Part shown: piece after piece, positions 34,535 through 45,285 of the stretch
Position numbering within the stretch: the stretch's first letter is position 1
Layout: each line of letters opens with the position of its first letter
Source of the DNA: Rhodothermales bacterium
Lineage (GTDB): Bacteria; Bacteroidota; Rhodothermia; Rhodothermales; VXPQ01
Reading direction: 5' to 3'
DNA length: 64,000 bases
NCBI GenBank assembly: GCA_965117025.1
Contig: OZ220746.1
Location: 135,225-199,224 of the forward strand
Made by a program: the position numbers and the translations under genes
The notes under the pieces: generated by a model
Databases searched by the model: none
Told to the model about the DNA's origin: nothing
What the model saw: the letters and a program-made list of their open reading frames with translations, nothing else

Positions 34535-35990
34535 GACGGACGGTATCCGGATCCCGGGAAGAAATCCGTAACGCATCGCTGAGGGTACGCTCCACATCCT
34601 GAAGAAGTTGGTCAGAATGCTGTGCGTCTATCGGGCAATCTTCGCGGGACATTTCCTGTTCGGTCGCATCGGGCAAGGAGGTGTTCGATGCAGTGGCCAG
34701 CTCTTCATCATCGCAATCATGCCGCAGGAAAAGATGCTGGAGCAAACGTACTCCATGGGCGAAATCGATGCGCTCGGGATCGACGCTTTTAAGGCGCACG
34801 ACGGGTACCGCAAGCAGTTTCTGCACGATAGAGCGGGTAAGGCGATCCAGTTGATCCTGGTCTGCCTCCGAAAACTGCTGGCGATGCTTGCCCACTTCCT
34901 GCGCCCGGATGGCTTCAAATGTCTCCGCGATAGCCTGTATGGCCGGTTGCAACGATTGATGCAGGAACACCCAGGAAACGAACTCGCTGATCATCTCGTC
35001 GACAATCCTGCCCGCGTTTTCCAGAGAGGATTGAAGCATTTCCCGGGTTCTTGTTTCGGCTTTACCTAACTGGTCTATGGTAATGAGCTCAATATCGGGC
35101 AGTGCGCCGATTTGCTCTTCCACGCCTCGCGGTACGGAAATATCGATAATCAGTGTCGGGGTATTCCTCATCTCCGAGGCAAACTCTGTACAATGCAATA
35201 CGGGCTCGGGAGCCGATGTCGCTACAATGACCGTGTCCGATTGCGCGGCGGCAGTATGGCGATCTTCCCAGGGCACGTAGTGAGCTCGATAACGTTCGGC
35301 CGCTTCACGGGCCCGTTGCTCCGTCCGGTTGGCAAACGAAAGGTGCTGTATGCCCAGCATCCGGAGCGCCTCCCCTGCCTCTTGTCCTATACGTCCGGCG
35401 CCGACAATCAGCGCGGTCGAGGCGTTGGGGCCGCCTCTTCGGGCTTCCCCGCTTTTTGAAGCACGGGTCCGGATGTAACGTGACTTGACGACTTCCGCGG
35501 CCCGGACAGGTATGGAAGCATTGTTTTGCGAGAGATCTGTTTCGTTAATAACTCGCTTTGCTGCTCGGAATGCAGTGTGCAGCAGGCGGTGCATAGTCGT
35601 ATTTACGCAGTCCTGCCCCACCGCAACGCCATACGCTTCCTTCAGTTGGAAATAGATATGCAGGTCGCCCGGTATCAGCGATTTCATGCCGGCGGCCACC
35701 TCGAAAATATGCCGGATCGCTTTTTCGTCCCGGTAGAGAAATGACATGTCTTCCGGCCATGTATGACCGGCATGCTTCTCAAAGGCTTCGCGCACGGTTC
35801 GTACATCTTCTTCGGCGCCGTACAGGTAGGCTTCCGTACGATTACAGGTTGAGAGCAGGACGAGCTCGGAACCCGGATTCAGGAAAATATTCCGGTATAA
35901 TCCATACCCCTCCTCCCAGCCTGATGCGAAGGATTCGCGGATCTCTACCGGCGCACGCAAATAATTGATGCCAAGTGCGTAAAATGTCAT
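34524..35990 (-). CDS. hemA: Glutamyl-tRNA reductase
   Basis: MTFYALGINYLRAPVEIRE ... LSTCNRTEAYLY. The NAD-binding motif is VGAGRIG. It has a somewhat extended acidic C-terminus. Confidence 0.95.
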   Translation of the reverse strand: MTFYALGINYLRAPVEIRESFASGWEEGYGLYRNIFLNPGSELVLLSTCNRTEAYLYGAEEDVRTVREAFEKHAGHTWPEDMSFLYRDEKAIRHIFEVAAGMKSLIPGDLHIYFQLKEAYGVAVGQDCVNTTMHRLLHTAFRAAKRVINETDLSQNNASIPVRAAEVVKSRYIRTRASKSGEARRGGPNASTALIVGAGRIGQEAGEALRMLGIQHLSFANRTEQRAREAAERYRAHYVPWEDRHTAAAQSDTVIVATSAPEPVLHCTEFASEMRNTPTLIIDISVPRGVEEQIGALPDIELITIDQLGKAETRTREMLQSSLENAGRIVDEMISEFVSWVFLHQSLQPAIQAIAETFEAIRAQEVGKHRQQFSEADQDQLDRLTRSIVQKLLAVPVVRLKSVDPERIDFAHGVRLLQHLFLRHDCDDEELATASNTSLPDATEQEMSREDCPIDAQHSDQLLQDVERTLSDALRISSRDPDTVRHES

Positions 35991-36144
35991 GGGGGAAGGT
36001 ATTGCCTTAAACGGCTTTTACTATAACAAGCATCACAATAATGGCGGGATAAAAAACCCTATTTTACTAAAGTAGGTACCACTTCCCTTTTTCGCAAAGC
36101 CGCAAAGGTGTTTCATCGGAATTCCCTATTCCTGAGTAGATGTA

Positions 36145-37269
36145 ATGTCCGAATCTCCCTTCCCGGCTCGTCAATGCGCCCTTTCGCGCGAACTGACGCG
36201 CCTCGATTTGCATGCTTTTGCCGTCGTTCCAGGCGCCTCGCTGACCTATCTTACCGGGCTGGATTTTCACTTGAGCGAGCGCCCGACCGTGGCGTTTTTC
36301 CGGCAGAACGGCGCTCCGGTATTTGTCATTCCGGAACTCGAGGGGGGAAAACTGGACGGATTTCCCATGGATATATGTGTTTGCACCTATGGGGAGGATC
36401 CTTCTATTTGGCCGGAGGCGTTTCGGGAGGCCGCTCGTGCAGGTGGACTGGATGGCCAACGGATCGGGATCGAATCCGGGAGCATGCGCGTGCTTGAACT
36501 CCGTATGCTCCAGGAGGCAATGCCGGGATCCACGTATCCGGATGGGCACGAAGCTCTTGCCGCCTTGCGGATATGCAAGGATGCGCACGAGATCGAAAAG
36601 ATGCGGAAGGCTGTCCAGGTGGCCGAAGACGCCATACGGCATACGCTTTCCGCCATAGCGCCAGGTATCACGGAGCGGGAAGCAGCCTCCCGTCTGACAG
36701 CCCGGCTTCTGGATACAGGCTGTGCCCCCGAGCTCCCCTTTTCTCCCATTGTGGCTTTTGGGCCTTCCTCGGCAAACCCTCATGCCGTGCCGGGTAACCG
36801 TGCACTACGCTCCGGAGAACTGATTTTGTGCGACTGGGGGGCGAACGTGGAAGGCTATTTTTCCGATATGACGCGCATGTTTTCGTATGGCGATCCGGGA
36901 AACGAGGTCCGCCATATCGTCGAGGTGGTTGGTCACGCCCGGCATGCGGCGGCGCAGACTGCGGGGCCGGGCGTACCTGCCTCGGAAGTGGACCGTGCAG
37001 CCCGCGCTGTGATTGAAAAGGCCGGTTTCGGCGAGCGCTTCGTGCACCGAACCGGACATGGTGTGGGTCTGGAGATACATGAGGCGCCGTATATCCGGGA
37101 TGGCAATCCGATGCTTCTGCGTCCCGGCATGACCTTCACGATCGAACCGGGGATTTATCTGGACGGACTGGCCGGGGCCCGAATCGAAGATATCGTGGCT
37201 GTGACCGAAGACGGCGTCGATACGCTGACCGCTCTGCCCCGTGAACTTGTGGACATCGCGGCAAGGTAG
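36145..37269 (+). CDS. M24-family Xaa-Pro peptidase (aminopeptidase P / prolidase-like)
   Basis: Creatinase-like N-terminal domain followed by a pita-bread domain with HRTGHGVGLEIHEAPY and metal ligands. Confidence 0.85.
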   Translation: MSESPFPARQCALSRELTRLDLHAFAVVPGASLTYLTGLDFHLSERPTVAFFRQNGAPVFVIPELEGGKLDGFPMDICVCTYGEDPSIWPEAFREAARAGGLDGQRIGIESGSMRVLELRMLQEAMPGSTYPDGHEALAALRICKDAHEIEKMRKAVQVAEDAIRHTLSAIAPGITEREAASRLTARLLDTGCAPELPFSPIVAFGPSSANPHAVPGNRALRSGELILCDWGANVEGYFSDMTRMFSYGDPGNEVRHIVEVVGHARHAAAQTAGPGVPASEVDRAARAVIEKAGFGERFVHRTGHGVGLEIHEAPYIRDGNPMLLRPGMTFTIEPGIYLDGLAGARIEDIVAVTEDGVDTLTALPRELVDIAAR

Positions 37270-37273
37270 AAGG

Positions 37274-37318
37274 TTAAGGATATTCTAAACTTCGCGGACT
37301 TAATCAGCGTATCCTTAA
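37274..37318. repeat. Short form (~45 bp) of the dispersed element with both termini (TTAAGGATA...TATCCTTAA)
   Basis: ttaaggatattctaaacttcgcggacttaatcagcgtatccttaa. It lies between the convergent M24 peptidase and pepF genes. Confidence 0.85.
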
Positions 37319-37336
37319 GGGATATGCCTGACTGAA

Positions 37337-39118
37337 CTACGACACGTCTCCAGCCAGCTCTTCTGCCTCCGTAATCAGGCTCTCGATGGCCGCCAGCCCG
37401 GCGTTCCACAAAGAGGGATCCTGCAGATCGATATCCATTCTTCCCGCAAGTACGTGCGGCCAGTCCGACCCGCCGGCTTCCAGCAGGGCAAGGTATCGAT
37501 CCGGGAAATCCTGTGGATTATCGAGATACCGGGCGTAAAGCGCAAGCACGAGCAATTCTCCGAAGGCATAGGCATAGACATAGCCCGGTGTATGAATGAA
37601 GTGCGGGATGTAGCTCCACCAGTACCGGTAATGATCTCCCAGTGTTACGCTGCCCTCGAACATCTTCTTCTGGGTTTGTATCCAGAGGTCGGCGAATCGA
37701 TCGGCGCTGAGTTCCCCGCGTTCACGGCGCTCCGTATGGATCGCATGTTCGAACCGGTTCATGGCGACTTGCCGGAACACAGTGGCAACCGTGTCATCGA
37801 TTTTGCCGACGAGCATGGCGAGCCGATTGGCGGTGTTTTGCTCATGTGCAAGCATTTCCCGGAACACGATCATTTCGCCGAAGACCGAGGCGGTCTCGGC
37901 AGTGGTCAGTGGCGTATCGGCCTGCAAGACCCCTTGTTTCCTGGCCAGGTACTGGTGGATACCATGCCCAAGTTCGTGCGCCAGCGTCTGCACATCGCGT
38001 GACCTGCCCGCAAAGTTAAGCAGGATGTACGGATGAGCACTCGGGACGGCTCCATGGCTGAAGGCGCCTCCCCGCTTGCCCGGGGCCGGTGGGGCGTCGA
38101 TCCAGTTACCCTCGAAGAAAAGATCTGCGATGGCCCCCATTCGGGGATGGAACGCGTGGTAGGCCCTGGATACGATCTCTCGTGCTTCTCCCCAGGTATA
38201 TTGTCGATCGGATTCGCCAACAGGAGCATACCGGTCATAGTCGAACAACTCGTCGTACCCTAACAGAGCGCGTTTCAGGCGATAAAAACGGGCCACCAGG
38301 CCATACTTTGAAGTTACTGCCTCAATCAGGGCTTCCACGGTCTCGGCCTGTACTTCGTTGGACAGGTTCCGCTCGGACAACCACGTCTCATAGCCGCGAA
38401 GACGATCATCCAGCGCCTTGTCCGCAAGGATCGTATTGAAAACGCAGGTAAGCGAGCGGCCATGGGTAGCAAGCCCTTCCGTAAGGGCCAAAGCAGCTTT
38501 TTCCCGCAGCGAGCGCTCCGGTTCGTGCAACATGGACAGCACTTCCTGCTCGGTTTTTTTCTCTCCGTTTATCCGGAAACGGGTGGCGCCAAGCAGCTCG
38601 TCGAAGAAACGGTTCCAGGCTCCACGTCCTGTTACGGCCTTTTCGGTCAATATCTTTTCCTCCGGCTCCGTGAGCAGGTAATCCCGCTGCAATCGTTCTA
38701 CTTCGAGGTAATGGCGATACCCGGCAAGTTCCTCGGAAGCGATCAGGGCTGTTGCATGCTCCTCATCGGTTTTTCCCCATTCGAGCCCGAAAAAAATGAG
38801 TTGCTGCAGGGTACGGGTATAGGCCTCGCGGACATGCTGGAGCAATGCCCCCCGCCGTTCGTCGCCGGTGTCCGTAGCCCATTGTAAGAAAGCATAAGTA
38901 TATGCCTTGCCTATCCGGTCCTGAATAGCTTCCAGTTGTTCAAGTGCCTTGACCATGTTGTCCGGCGACAGGTTTGCCACGCTGCCGCGCCAGGCGGTTG
39001 CAAAGACCTCCGCGTCGGAGAACGCCTTCGAAAGGTCTGTTTCCAGCAAATCCTCCGACGGGTACAAGTCGGCGAGATTCCAGCGTACGGTTTCTGCTCC
39101 GGTCTTTTTTTCGGACAT
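37337..39118 (-). CDS. pepF: Oligoendopeptidase F (M3B family)
   Basis: 593 aa. The HELGHGIHQ zinc motif and M3B-type architecture are present. Confidence 0.9.
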   Translation of the reverse strand: MSEKKTGAETVRWNLADLYPSEDLLETDLSKAFSDAEVFATAWRGSVANLSPDNMVKALEQLEAIQDRIGKAYTYAFLQWATDTGDERRGALLQHVREAYTRTLQQLIFFGLEWGKTDEEHATALIASEELAGYRHYLEVERLQRDYLLTEPEEKILTEKAVTGRGAWNRFFDELLGATRFRINGEKKTEQEVLSMLHEPERSLREKAALALTEGLATHGRSLTCVFNTILADKALDDRLRGYETWLSERNLSNEVQAETVEALIEAVTSKYGLVARFYRLKRALLGYDELFDYDRYAPVGESDRQYTWGEAREIVSRAYHAFHPRMGAIADLFFEGNWIDAPPAPGKRGGAFSHGAVPSAHPYILLNFAGRSRDVQTLAHELGHGIHQYLARKQGVLQADTPLTTAETASVFGEMIVFREMLAHEQNTANRLAMLVGKIDDTVATVFRQVAMNRFEHAIHTERRERGELSADRFADLWIQTQKKMFEGSVTLGDHYRYWWSYIPHFIHTPGYVYAYAFGELLVLALYARYLDNPQDFPDRYLALLEAGGSDWPHVLAGRMDIDLQDPSLWNAGLAAIESLITEAEELAGDVS

Positions 39119-39190
39119 TGGAAAAGGGGTTATATAGCGTGTTTTTCCTGAATTTTACCGGGAAATGCATTTCAGGGAGTGCGTATATTA

Positions 39191-39293
39191 TAAGGATACC
39201 CTGATCAAAACCGCTTCGATCAACGCTTCACGCACGTGCGTGAAGCGCCCCTCTCAGCCTCTGAACTTTGCGGACGTAATCAGAGTATCCTTT
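39191..39293. repeat. Full-length copy (~103 bp) of the dispersed nested-palindrome element
   Basis: taaggataccctgatcaaaaccgcttcgatcaacgcttcacgcacgtgcgtgaagcgcccctctcagcctctgaactttgcggacgtaatcagagtatccttt. The centre gcttcacgcac/gtgcgtgaagc is a perfect palindrome. Confidence 0.9.
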
Positions 39294-39336
39294 ACGCATT
39301 CCGAACGTGATTCCATTAAACATTCCACGATAGATC

Positions 39337-39762
39337 ATGCTTGTACGTACAGCCGAAGCCGTTTGGCAAGGCGACTTGCTGAATGGAGAAGGTAAAGTGA
39401 CGGTTCTGAACGAGCACGTACCGTATTCCTTTACTTCCCGTGTTGAAGATGGCGCCGGAACCAATCCGGAAGAACTCCTTGCCGCAGGCCACGCAGGATG
39501 TGTCTCGATGGCGCTTTCGAACGAACTGGCGAAAGCAGGATATACGCCAAATCGGGTACATACGGTTGCGGGCGTGCATCTGGTAAAAGTGGAAGGAGGT
39601 ATTGCTATTTCCCAGATCGATCTGACGATCGAGGCCGACGTGCCGGGCATCGACGAATCGACTTTTCAGGAACTGGCCGAGGGGGTAAGATCCAATTGCC
39701 CGGTCTCGAAGTTATTCCAGGGGGCGAACATCACGCTTGCCGCGACGCTCCAGGCGGGTTAG
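39337..39762 (+). CDS. osmC: OsmC-family peroxiredoxin
   Basis: 141 aa. It has the two conserved Cys contexts (AAGHAGCVSMAL and RSNCPVSK). Confidence 0.85.
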   Translation: MLVRTAEAVWQGDLLNGEGKVTVLNEHVPYSFTSRVEDGAGTNPEELLAAGHAGCVSMALSNELAKAGYTPNRVHTVAGVHLVKVEGGIAISQIDLTIEADVPGIDESTFQELAEGVRSNCPVSKLFQGANITLAATLQAG

Positions 39763-39791
39763 GGCCTGTTATCACTATGCAGACCCTAACC
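39759..39791. terminator. Palindromic element copy 2 (TTAGGGCCTG-11 nt-CAGACCCTAA) between convergent osmC and proA
   Basis: Both stop codons (the osmC TAG at 39760-62 and the proA CTA at 39786-88) lie inside the two arms. It may be a bidirectional terminator, but no clear U-tract is present. Confidence 0.5.
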
Positions 39792-41063
39792 CCGGATGTG
39801 TCCTTTTCCGATACCGATCCACTTGTAGCTCGTTAGCTCCTCGAGTCCCATCGGGCCGCGGGCATGTAGTTTTTGCGTGCTGACGGCCACTTCTGCACCC
39901 AGGCCGAACTGGCCGCCGTCCGAGAATCGCGTACTGGCATTCACGAACACCGCCGCGGAGTCGATGCGGTCGATGAACGTGTTTGCGCGTTCCCAATCAT
40001 TGGTCAGAATGCTGTCCGAGTGGGCTGTCCCGTGGTTATGTATGTGCTCAATGGCGTCGTCCAGGCCGTCCACGATGCGGACGTTCAGTATCAGTGCCAT
40101 CCATTCCTGATCGAAATCGCTGGGTTGGGCGGCCTTGCACGCAATGCTCTCTGTCTGTTCGAGGATGCTCAGCGCTTCCGGCTCTGCATGAAACGTTACG
40201 CCGTGTGCATGAAGGCGCTTCGCCAGAGGCGGCAAGAAGGCATGGGCTACCTTCCTGTGTATGAGCAGTGTGTCCAGTGCGTTACATACACTCGGGCGCT
40301 GCACCTTTGCGTTTTCCACGATGTCCTCTGCCCTCTCCAGGTCGGCCGAGTCATCCACAAAAATGTGACACACTCCCATTCCCCCCGTAATGACGGGTAT
40401 GGTGCTTTTTTCAAGGCATAGCCTGTGTAACCCGGCGCCTCCACGGGGAATGATCATATCGACACAATCGTCCAGTCGCAGCAATTGTTCAACAAGGGCC
40501 CGGTCGGGATCGCCAATGTATTGCACAGCGTCAGGGGGTACACCTGTTTTTTCCAGTGCCTGCCGGATGACTGGGACAAGGGCAAGATTGCTTCGCAGGG
40601 TTTCCTTGCCCCCGCGAAGAATCACGGCATTGCTTGTTTTAAGGCACAGAGATGCGATGTCGATGGTTACGTTCGGACGAGCTTCATAGATCACACCCAC
40701 GACACCGAGGGGTATCCGGCGTTTGACGAGTCGCATCCCGTTCGGGAGCACGCGGCTTTCGAACTCGACGCCGACAGGGTCCGGCAGGTCGATCACGGAG
40801 CGGACATCGCTCGCCAGATCGCCAAGGCGTTTTTCATTGAGCAGCAGGCGGTCGAGAATAGCCTCGGACAATCCGGCCTCCCGCCCATCTTGTATATCCA
40901 GTGTATTTTCCTGGAGAATCGTAGCGGAGGCGCCTTCCAGTTCGTCCGCGATGGCGGCCAGCGCCACGTTTTTTGCCTCTGTGCCCAACGTGGCCAGCAA
41001 ACGGCTCGCAGCCTTTGCCTTTTCCCCCATTTTGTGCACGGAGATCATTTCTTCGACAAGCAT
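39786..41063 (-). CDS. proA: Glutamate-5-semialdehyde dehydrogenase (gamma-glutamyl phosphate reductase)
   Basis: Aldehyde-dehydrogenase-like with [11 protein letters not shown] catalytic Cys context. ATG at 41063 was chosen; 41048 is also possible. Confidence 0.9.
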   Translation of the reverse strand: MLVEEMISVHKMGEKAKAASRLLATLGTEAKNVALAAIADELEGASATILQENTLDIQDGREAGLSEAILDRLLLNEKRLGDLASDVRSVIDLPDPVGVEFESRVLPNGMRLVKRRIPLGVVGVIYEARPNVTIDIASLCLKTSNAVILRGGKETLRSNLALVPVIRQALEKTGVPPDAVQYIGDPDRALVEQLLRLDDCVDMIIPRGGAGLHRLCLEKSTIPVITGGMGVCHIFVDDSADLERAEDIVENAKVQRPSVCNALDTLLIHRKVAHAFLPPLAKRLHAHGVTFHAEPEALSILEQTESIACKAAQPSDFDQEWMALILNVRIVDGLDDAIEHIHNHGTAHSDSILTNDWERANTFIDRIDSAAVFVNASTRFSDGGQFGLGAEVAVSTQKLHARGPMGLEELTSYKWIGIGKGHIRG

Positions 41064-41128
41064 GAAAGTATTATGGAATGTTCGGGGTAGGTCCGAGCAC
41101 ACACTGCCCGCTGCCGGTCGCAGGGTGG

Positions 41129-42229
41129 TTACATAAGAATCAGATCATCGCGGTGGATGACGACGGGGCCGTATGCGTATCCGAGCGCCTCTTGAATGCC
41201 ATCGGATTGCAGTCCCTTGATACGGTTCACATCCGTGCTGTCATACCGAACGACACCCCGGCCCAGGTTTGTTTGGTCGGGGCCCGTAATCCGCACTACA
41301 TCACCACGCTCGAACGAGCCGTGCACGTGAATGATTCCTGCCGGGAGGAGGCTGCCGCCTCCATTGGCCAGCGCGGCCGCAGCCCCCTGGTCGATCACAA
41401 CGGTTCCGGATGCACCTGCGCCTCCCAGAATCCATCGTTTGCGGTTTCCGACCGGGATGTCGAACGCCGGGAAACGGGTGCCGATCTGTTCTCCTGCCAC
41501 GATGCGGAAAATCACGTCGGGAGCATCGCCCGCCGCAATAACCACATGGGCGCCGGCACGCCGGGCCATGTCGGCAGCGTCCAGTTTCGTTTTCATGCCG
41601 CCGATGCCCAGGCCGGATTTGCTTTCCCCCGCTGCTGCATGCAGGTTGGAGTCGATATCTTCTACTTCCGCAATGAGTTTTGCATCCGGATTTGTCCGTG
41701 GATCTGCAGTGAACAGGCCCTGCTGATCGCTGAGGAGAATCAGCAGGTCAGCCTCGGCAAGCAGGACGCACAGTGCGGACAGGTTATCATTGTCTCCTAC
41801 CCGGATCTCGGCCGTAGCCACGGCATCGTTCTCGTTGATGACCGGCACGATTCGATGTTCGAGCAGTGTGCGTAACGTATCACGGGCATTCAGAAATCGG
41901 TGACGGTCCTCTACGTCCGCTCGGGTAAGGAGCATTTGACCGACATGGATATTGAACTGCGTGAAAAGCTGCTCCCAGATTTCCATGAGCCTGCTTTGCC
42001 CGACTGCCGCCAGCATTTGCTTTTCGGCCAACGATTCGGGGGGCCTGGACATGCGGAGTCGTTCGACTCCGGCGGCAATGGCTCCAGAGGTGCATACGAT
42101 GAGTTCGTATCCTTCCTGGTGGAGTGCGGAGCACTGCCGAACGATCTCAAGCATCCGAGCATGGTTGAGTCGCCGGGTTCCAGCGGTAAGCACGCTTGTT
42201 CCTATTTTGACGACGATTCGCCTTGCCAT
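41129..42229 (-). CDS. proB: Glutamate 5-kinase with C-terminal PUA domain
   Basis: ATG at 42229 ([15 protein letters not shown]...). The track start at 42247 is a TTG. An amino-acid kinase fold is followed by a PUA domain. Confidence 0.9.
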   Translation of the reverse strand: MARRIVVKIGTSVLTAGTRRLNHARMLEIVRQCSALHQEGYELIVCTSGAIAAGVERLRMSRPPESLAEKQMLAAVGQSRLMEIWEQLFTQFNIHVGQMLLTRADVEDRHRFLNARDTLRTLLEHRIVPVINENDAVATAEIRVGDNDNLSALCVLLAEADLLILLSDQQGLFTADPRTNPDAKLIAEVEDIDSNLHAAAGESKSGLGIGGMKTKLDAADMARRAGAHVVIAAGDAPDVIFRIVAGEQIGTRFPAFDIPVGNRKRWILGGAGASGTVVIDQGAAAALANGGGSLLPAGIIHVHGSFERGDVVRITGPDQTNLGRGVVRYDSTDVNRIKGLQSDGIQEALGYAYGPVVIHRDDLILM

Positions 42230-42651
42230 GGTGCCGGCTGTTGTCAAAAAGTGCGGGCAACAAGATCGTACATCTCACGGTGCATCGCAATCATTGTTCG
42301 GAAAGACGGAGCGCTGCCCGCCTACGGAGTGTAAATACGCCCATCTATCGATCCGATGACGACGATGTCGGCGGCCGCCTTCGGGAAAACGCCCGGTCTT
42401 GCTTCGCAGTGGGGAAAATGTTTCCTTGCTACGTATGATCGATGTCACTGCCCTTCGCGGGTGAGCTTGGGCCGTTATGCGCTCAAAGAGAACTTGAACT
42501 CAAGCAGATCCGAATATGCAGCCATGACCGTCTACGAACGGCTTTTCATTGTGGATCTTGCTTCGTTCGTCTGTTCGTGTTTCATTAACTCTTGTGGGCG
42601 GCGTGACGCATATTGAGGCTTTGTTGAACATTTTCTCGCTTGTACGAACAT

Positions 42652-43542
42652 ATGAAGACAGTAGGTATCGTTGGACTCGGTGATATGGGACTCGCGATGG
42701 CCAAGAACCTGGTCAAGGCGGGCTTTGACACGAGTGGTTTCGATCTTCGCGACCAACGCAAGACGATGTTGGTGGAGGCCGGCGGTAATGCGGCCGAAAG
42801 TGTGGCCGACATCGGGGCGACGACGGATGTTGTGTTTGTGATGGTCATGACCGGTTCTCAGGTGCAAGACGTGGTGCTTGGGGAGCAGGGATTGCTGGCG
42901 AGTATGGATCCAGGGAAGACCGTTATCGTGTCGGCGACCATCCAGCCAGCTGAAATCCAAGCGTTGATCGCCCCCCTGGAGTCGAAAGACATTCATCTGA
43001 TCGATTCCCCTGTTAGCGGGGGGCGGTTTGGGGCCGAAGCAGGCACGCTAGCCATGATGGCAGCAGCGAAGAAAGCAGTTTTCGGAGCCCAGCAAGATGT
43101 CTTGCAGGCAGTCGGCGGGCATATCTTTCACGTGGGTGAGGAGATCGGCGGGGGGCAGATGGTCAAGGCAACGCTTCAGGGATTGATCGGCTGCACGTTC
43201 ACGGCGCTCTTCGAATCGCTGGTGTTGGGGGCCAAGGCCGGCGTCGACGGGAAGACGATGTATGAAGTGTTTATGGCCAGCGGCGTGCGCAGCCCTCTGA
43301 TCGACGATTGCATGAAGCGCATCATGGACCGCACCTTCAAGGATACCGGCAGCCAGATCACAACGATGTATAAGGACCTGGGCATCACGATGGCGATGGC
43401 CAGGGAGCAAGGGGTGGCGATGTTCACCACGAGCACCGCACACGAACTATTTCAGGCGGGCATCTCGTTGTTTCCAGAGGAAGACAACTGGTCGGTTGTG
43501 AAGGTGCTTGAGCAACTTGCCGGCGTGGAAGTGCACTGGTAG
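42652..43542 (+). CDS. NAD(P)-dependent 3-hydroxyisobutyrate dehydrogenase-family oxidoreductase
   Basis: ATG at 42652 (MKTVGIVGLGDMGLAMAKNL Rossmann motif). It is beta-hydroxyacid dehydrogenase family-like throughout. Confidence 0.85.
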   Translation: MKTVGIVGLGDMGLAMAKNLVKAGFDTSGFDLRDQRKTMLVEAGGNAAESVADIGATTDVVFVMVMTGSQVQDVVLGEQGLLASMDPGKTVIVSATIQPAEIQALIAPLESKDIHLIDSPVSGGRFGAEAGTLAMMAAAKKAVFGAQQDVLQAVGGHIFHVGEEIGGGQMVKATLQGLIGCTFTALFESLVLGAKAGVDGKTMYEVFMASGVRSPLIDDCMKRIMDRTFKDTGSQITTMYKDLGITMAMAREQGVAMFTTSTAHELFQAGISLFPEEDNWSVVKVLEQLAGVEVHW

Positions 43543-43586
43543 CGCGACCGGCTTTTGTTCAGAAGGCTGTAACAAAATATAGGCAC

Positions 43587-43739
43587 ATGGTCAAACTCGG
43601 TGTAATCACAGATGGCATCAGCAGGGATTTCGAACGCGTGCTCCAGGTCATGACGGAAGCTGGCCTACCGTGCCCGAAATCTGAATTGCTCCGAATGAGG
43701 GCTCGATCGATGTCGTTCTCTACGGACCGGGCGGTGTAG
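43587..43739 (+). pseudogene. N-terminal fragment (~27 conserved aa) of a sugar-phosphate isomerase/epimerase (xylose-isomerase-like TIM barrel) gene
   Basis: MVKLGVITDGISRDFERVLQVMTEAGL... resembles the usual N-terminus of this family. The ORF stops after 50 codons, against ~270-290 aa for typical family members. It abuts the 3' end of the convergent transporter gene. Confidence 0.45.
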
Positions 43740-43740
43740 C

Positions 43741-45285
43741 TCAAAAGACATCCAGGATGCGATCCCCGACCGCCCAGACGCCCATGACAACCAGAATCAG
43801 AACGCATGTCACCAGAAAAACATCCCAGGCCCGCCCCGGCAGGATCCGCTTATCGCAGGTGCGATAGCGAAAGGCAACAGCGACAACGGCCACGATCGGA
43901 AGCATCATGCTCTGAAAAATCCCGGCCGCCAGGATCAGAAAGACCGGTCTGCGAATGATCAGCATGGACACCAAACCAATTAACGGGAAAAGCCAACTGA
44001 ACTGGCGCACCCACCAATCTTTGGTCTCGTCGGTTTTTGCACCCACGCCCGTAACGCGCAAGGCATCCGCGCAAACGCGAGCATGTCCGGCTGGAGAGAC
44101 AAATAAGGTGCTGTATAGCACTGCTATCGCACCCATTAGAAACAGCCAAACCCCTAACGTGCCGTATACCGGCTGATAGGTCTTTGCCAGAGTCGGGATC
44201 ATTTGCTCGCCGACCGGATCGAGTCCTTGCGGGTGAAGCACTGAGGCCCCGAGCAGATAGAATGCAACCGTGCCGATGGTGAAAGCTGCAGCAGCGGCGA
44301 ACGCATCCAGACGCATAACATCCAGCCAGCCACGCGCACGCTTGGCCCAGACATCCGAATCGTCACGCTTTCCGGTCCATTTCGCGTATCCTTTTTCAAC
44401 GCAGAAGTATGGATATGAGATCAGGTCGGTTGCCGCCATACCTATGATGCCAAATGTTGCCAGAACGGCCGCAACCGGAGACCTGGTAAGACCCTCAACC
44501 ACCGGTGGGATACGGAAACTCAGTCCCGATCCGATGTCCGCCCAGGATATTGCCCATTCGGCCTGTAACTGAAGTGCTGCCAGACAAAACAGGGTTGCTA
44601 GCGTGAACAAACCAACCAGGATCATGGCCATGCGCTCGATCAGACGGTAGCGTCCACGCACAAGCAGGAGCATCGTTAGCGCTGTTGCCAGGGTAGCCCA
44701 AATCACATCGTCCCAGGTAAATCCTGTCGGGCGCGACTCAAGCATACTATCCATCCCGGATTGAAGCGCTGCAGCGTCCCAGCTATCCTGGGCTGCCAGC
44801 AGTTCATTGTAGTCTCCCGTGAGTGGCAGTGCTATTGCGGCACTCTGCCCGACACCATGGACAATGCCGCCCAACTGGATAATGACCGCCACCATCATTA
44901 TCAGCCAGAACCACATAACCAGATTCAATCTCATGATGCGTGGTCCGCGCAAGCCGGCCAGGAGAGCCATGGTTCCCTGCCCTGTCGAAATTGCATAGCG
45001 TGCCAGCTCAATCTGAATCGGCGTCTTTACCACACAGCCGATGATAATCAGCCACAACAGCATGTAGCCAGCCAACGCACCTACCTTGGTCGTACCGACA
45101 AGCTCGCCCGACCCTATTCCGTAGTCGTACCGGGATTCTACGCGGCCGATGGCAATGCCGGAGAAGCCAGTGCCGACAGAGGAAACGTCTGGCGCGTGCA
45201 CTTCTCTCCGAATATGCCTGGCGAATGGTCGTACAACGCATCGTTCCGCACGGGTCCCAATATCGCGTTGTCCCCTGCCCAACAT
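43741..45285 (-). CDS. Nramp-related metal-ion transporter, apparently 5'-truncated (TM1a region replaced)
   Basis: Family-like sequence starts at ...GIGSGELVGTTKVGALAGYMLLWLIIIGCVVKTPIQIELARYAISTGQG (encoded at or below ~45120) and continues through ~10 TM segments. Everything upstream is antisense to the paralog fragment at 45121-45636. Candidate starts are the ATGs at 45285 and 45066. It may be a pseudogene. Confidence 0.55.
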   Translation of the reverse strand: MLGRGQRDIGTRAERCVVRPFARHIRREVHAPDVSSVGTGFSGIAIGRVESRYDYGIGSGELVGTTKVGALAGYMLLWLIIIGCVVKTPIQIELARYAISTGQGTMALLAGLRGPRIMRLNLVMWFWLIMMVAVIIQLGGIVHGVGQSAAIALPLTGDYNELLAAQDSWDAAALQSGMDSMLESRPTGFTWDDVIWATLATALTMLLLVRGRYRLIERMAMILVGLFTLATLFCLAALQLQAEWAISWADIGSGLSFRIPPVVEGLTRSPVAAVLATFGIIGMAATDLISYPYFCVEKGYAKWTGKRDDSDVWAKRARGWLDVMRLDAFAAAAAFTIGTVAFYLLGASVLHPQGLDPVGEQMIPTLAKTYQPVYGTLGVWLFLMGAIAVLYSTLFVSPAGHARVCADALRVTGVGAKTDETKDWWVRQFSWLFPLIGLVSMLIIRRPVFLILAAGIFQSMMLPIVAVVAVAFRYRTCDKRILPGRAWDVFLVTCVLILVVMGVWAVGDRILDVF

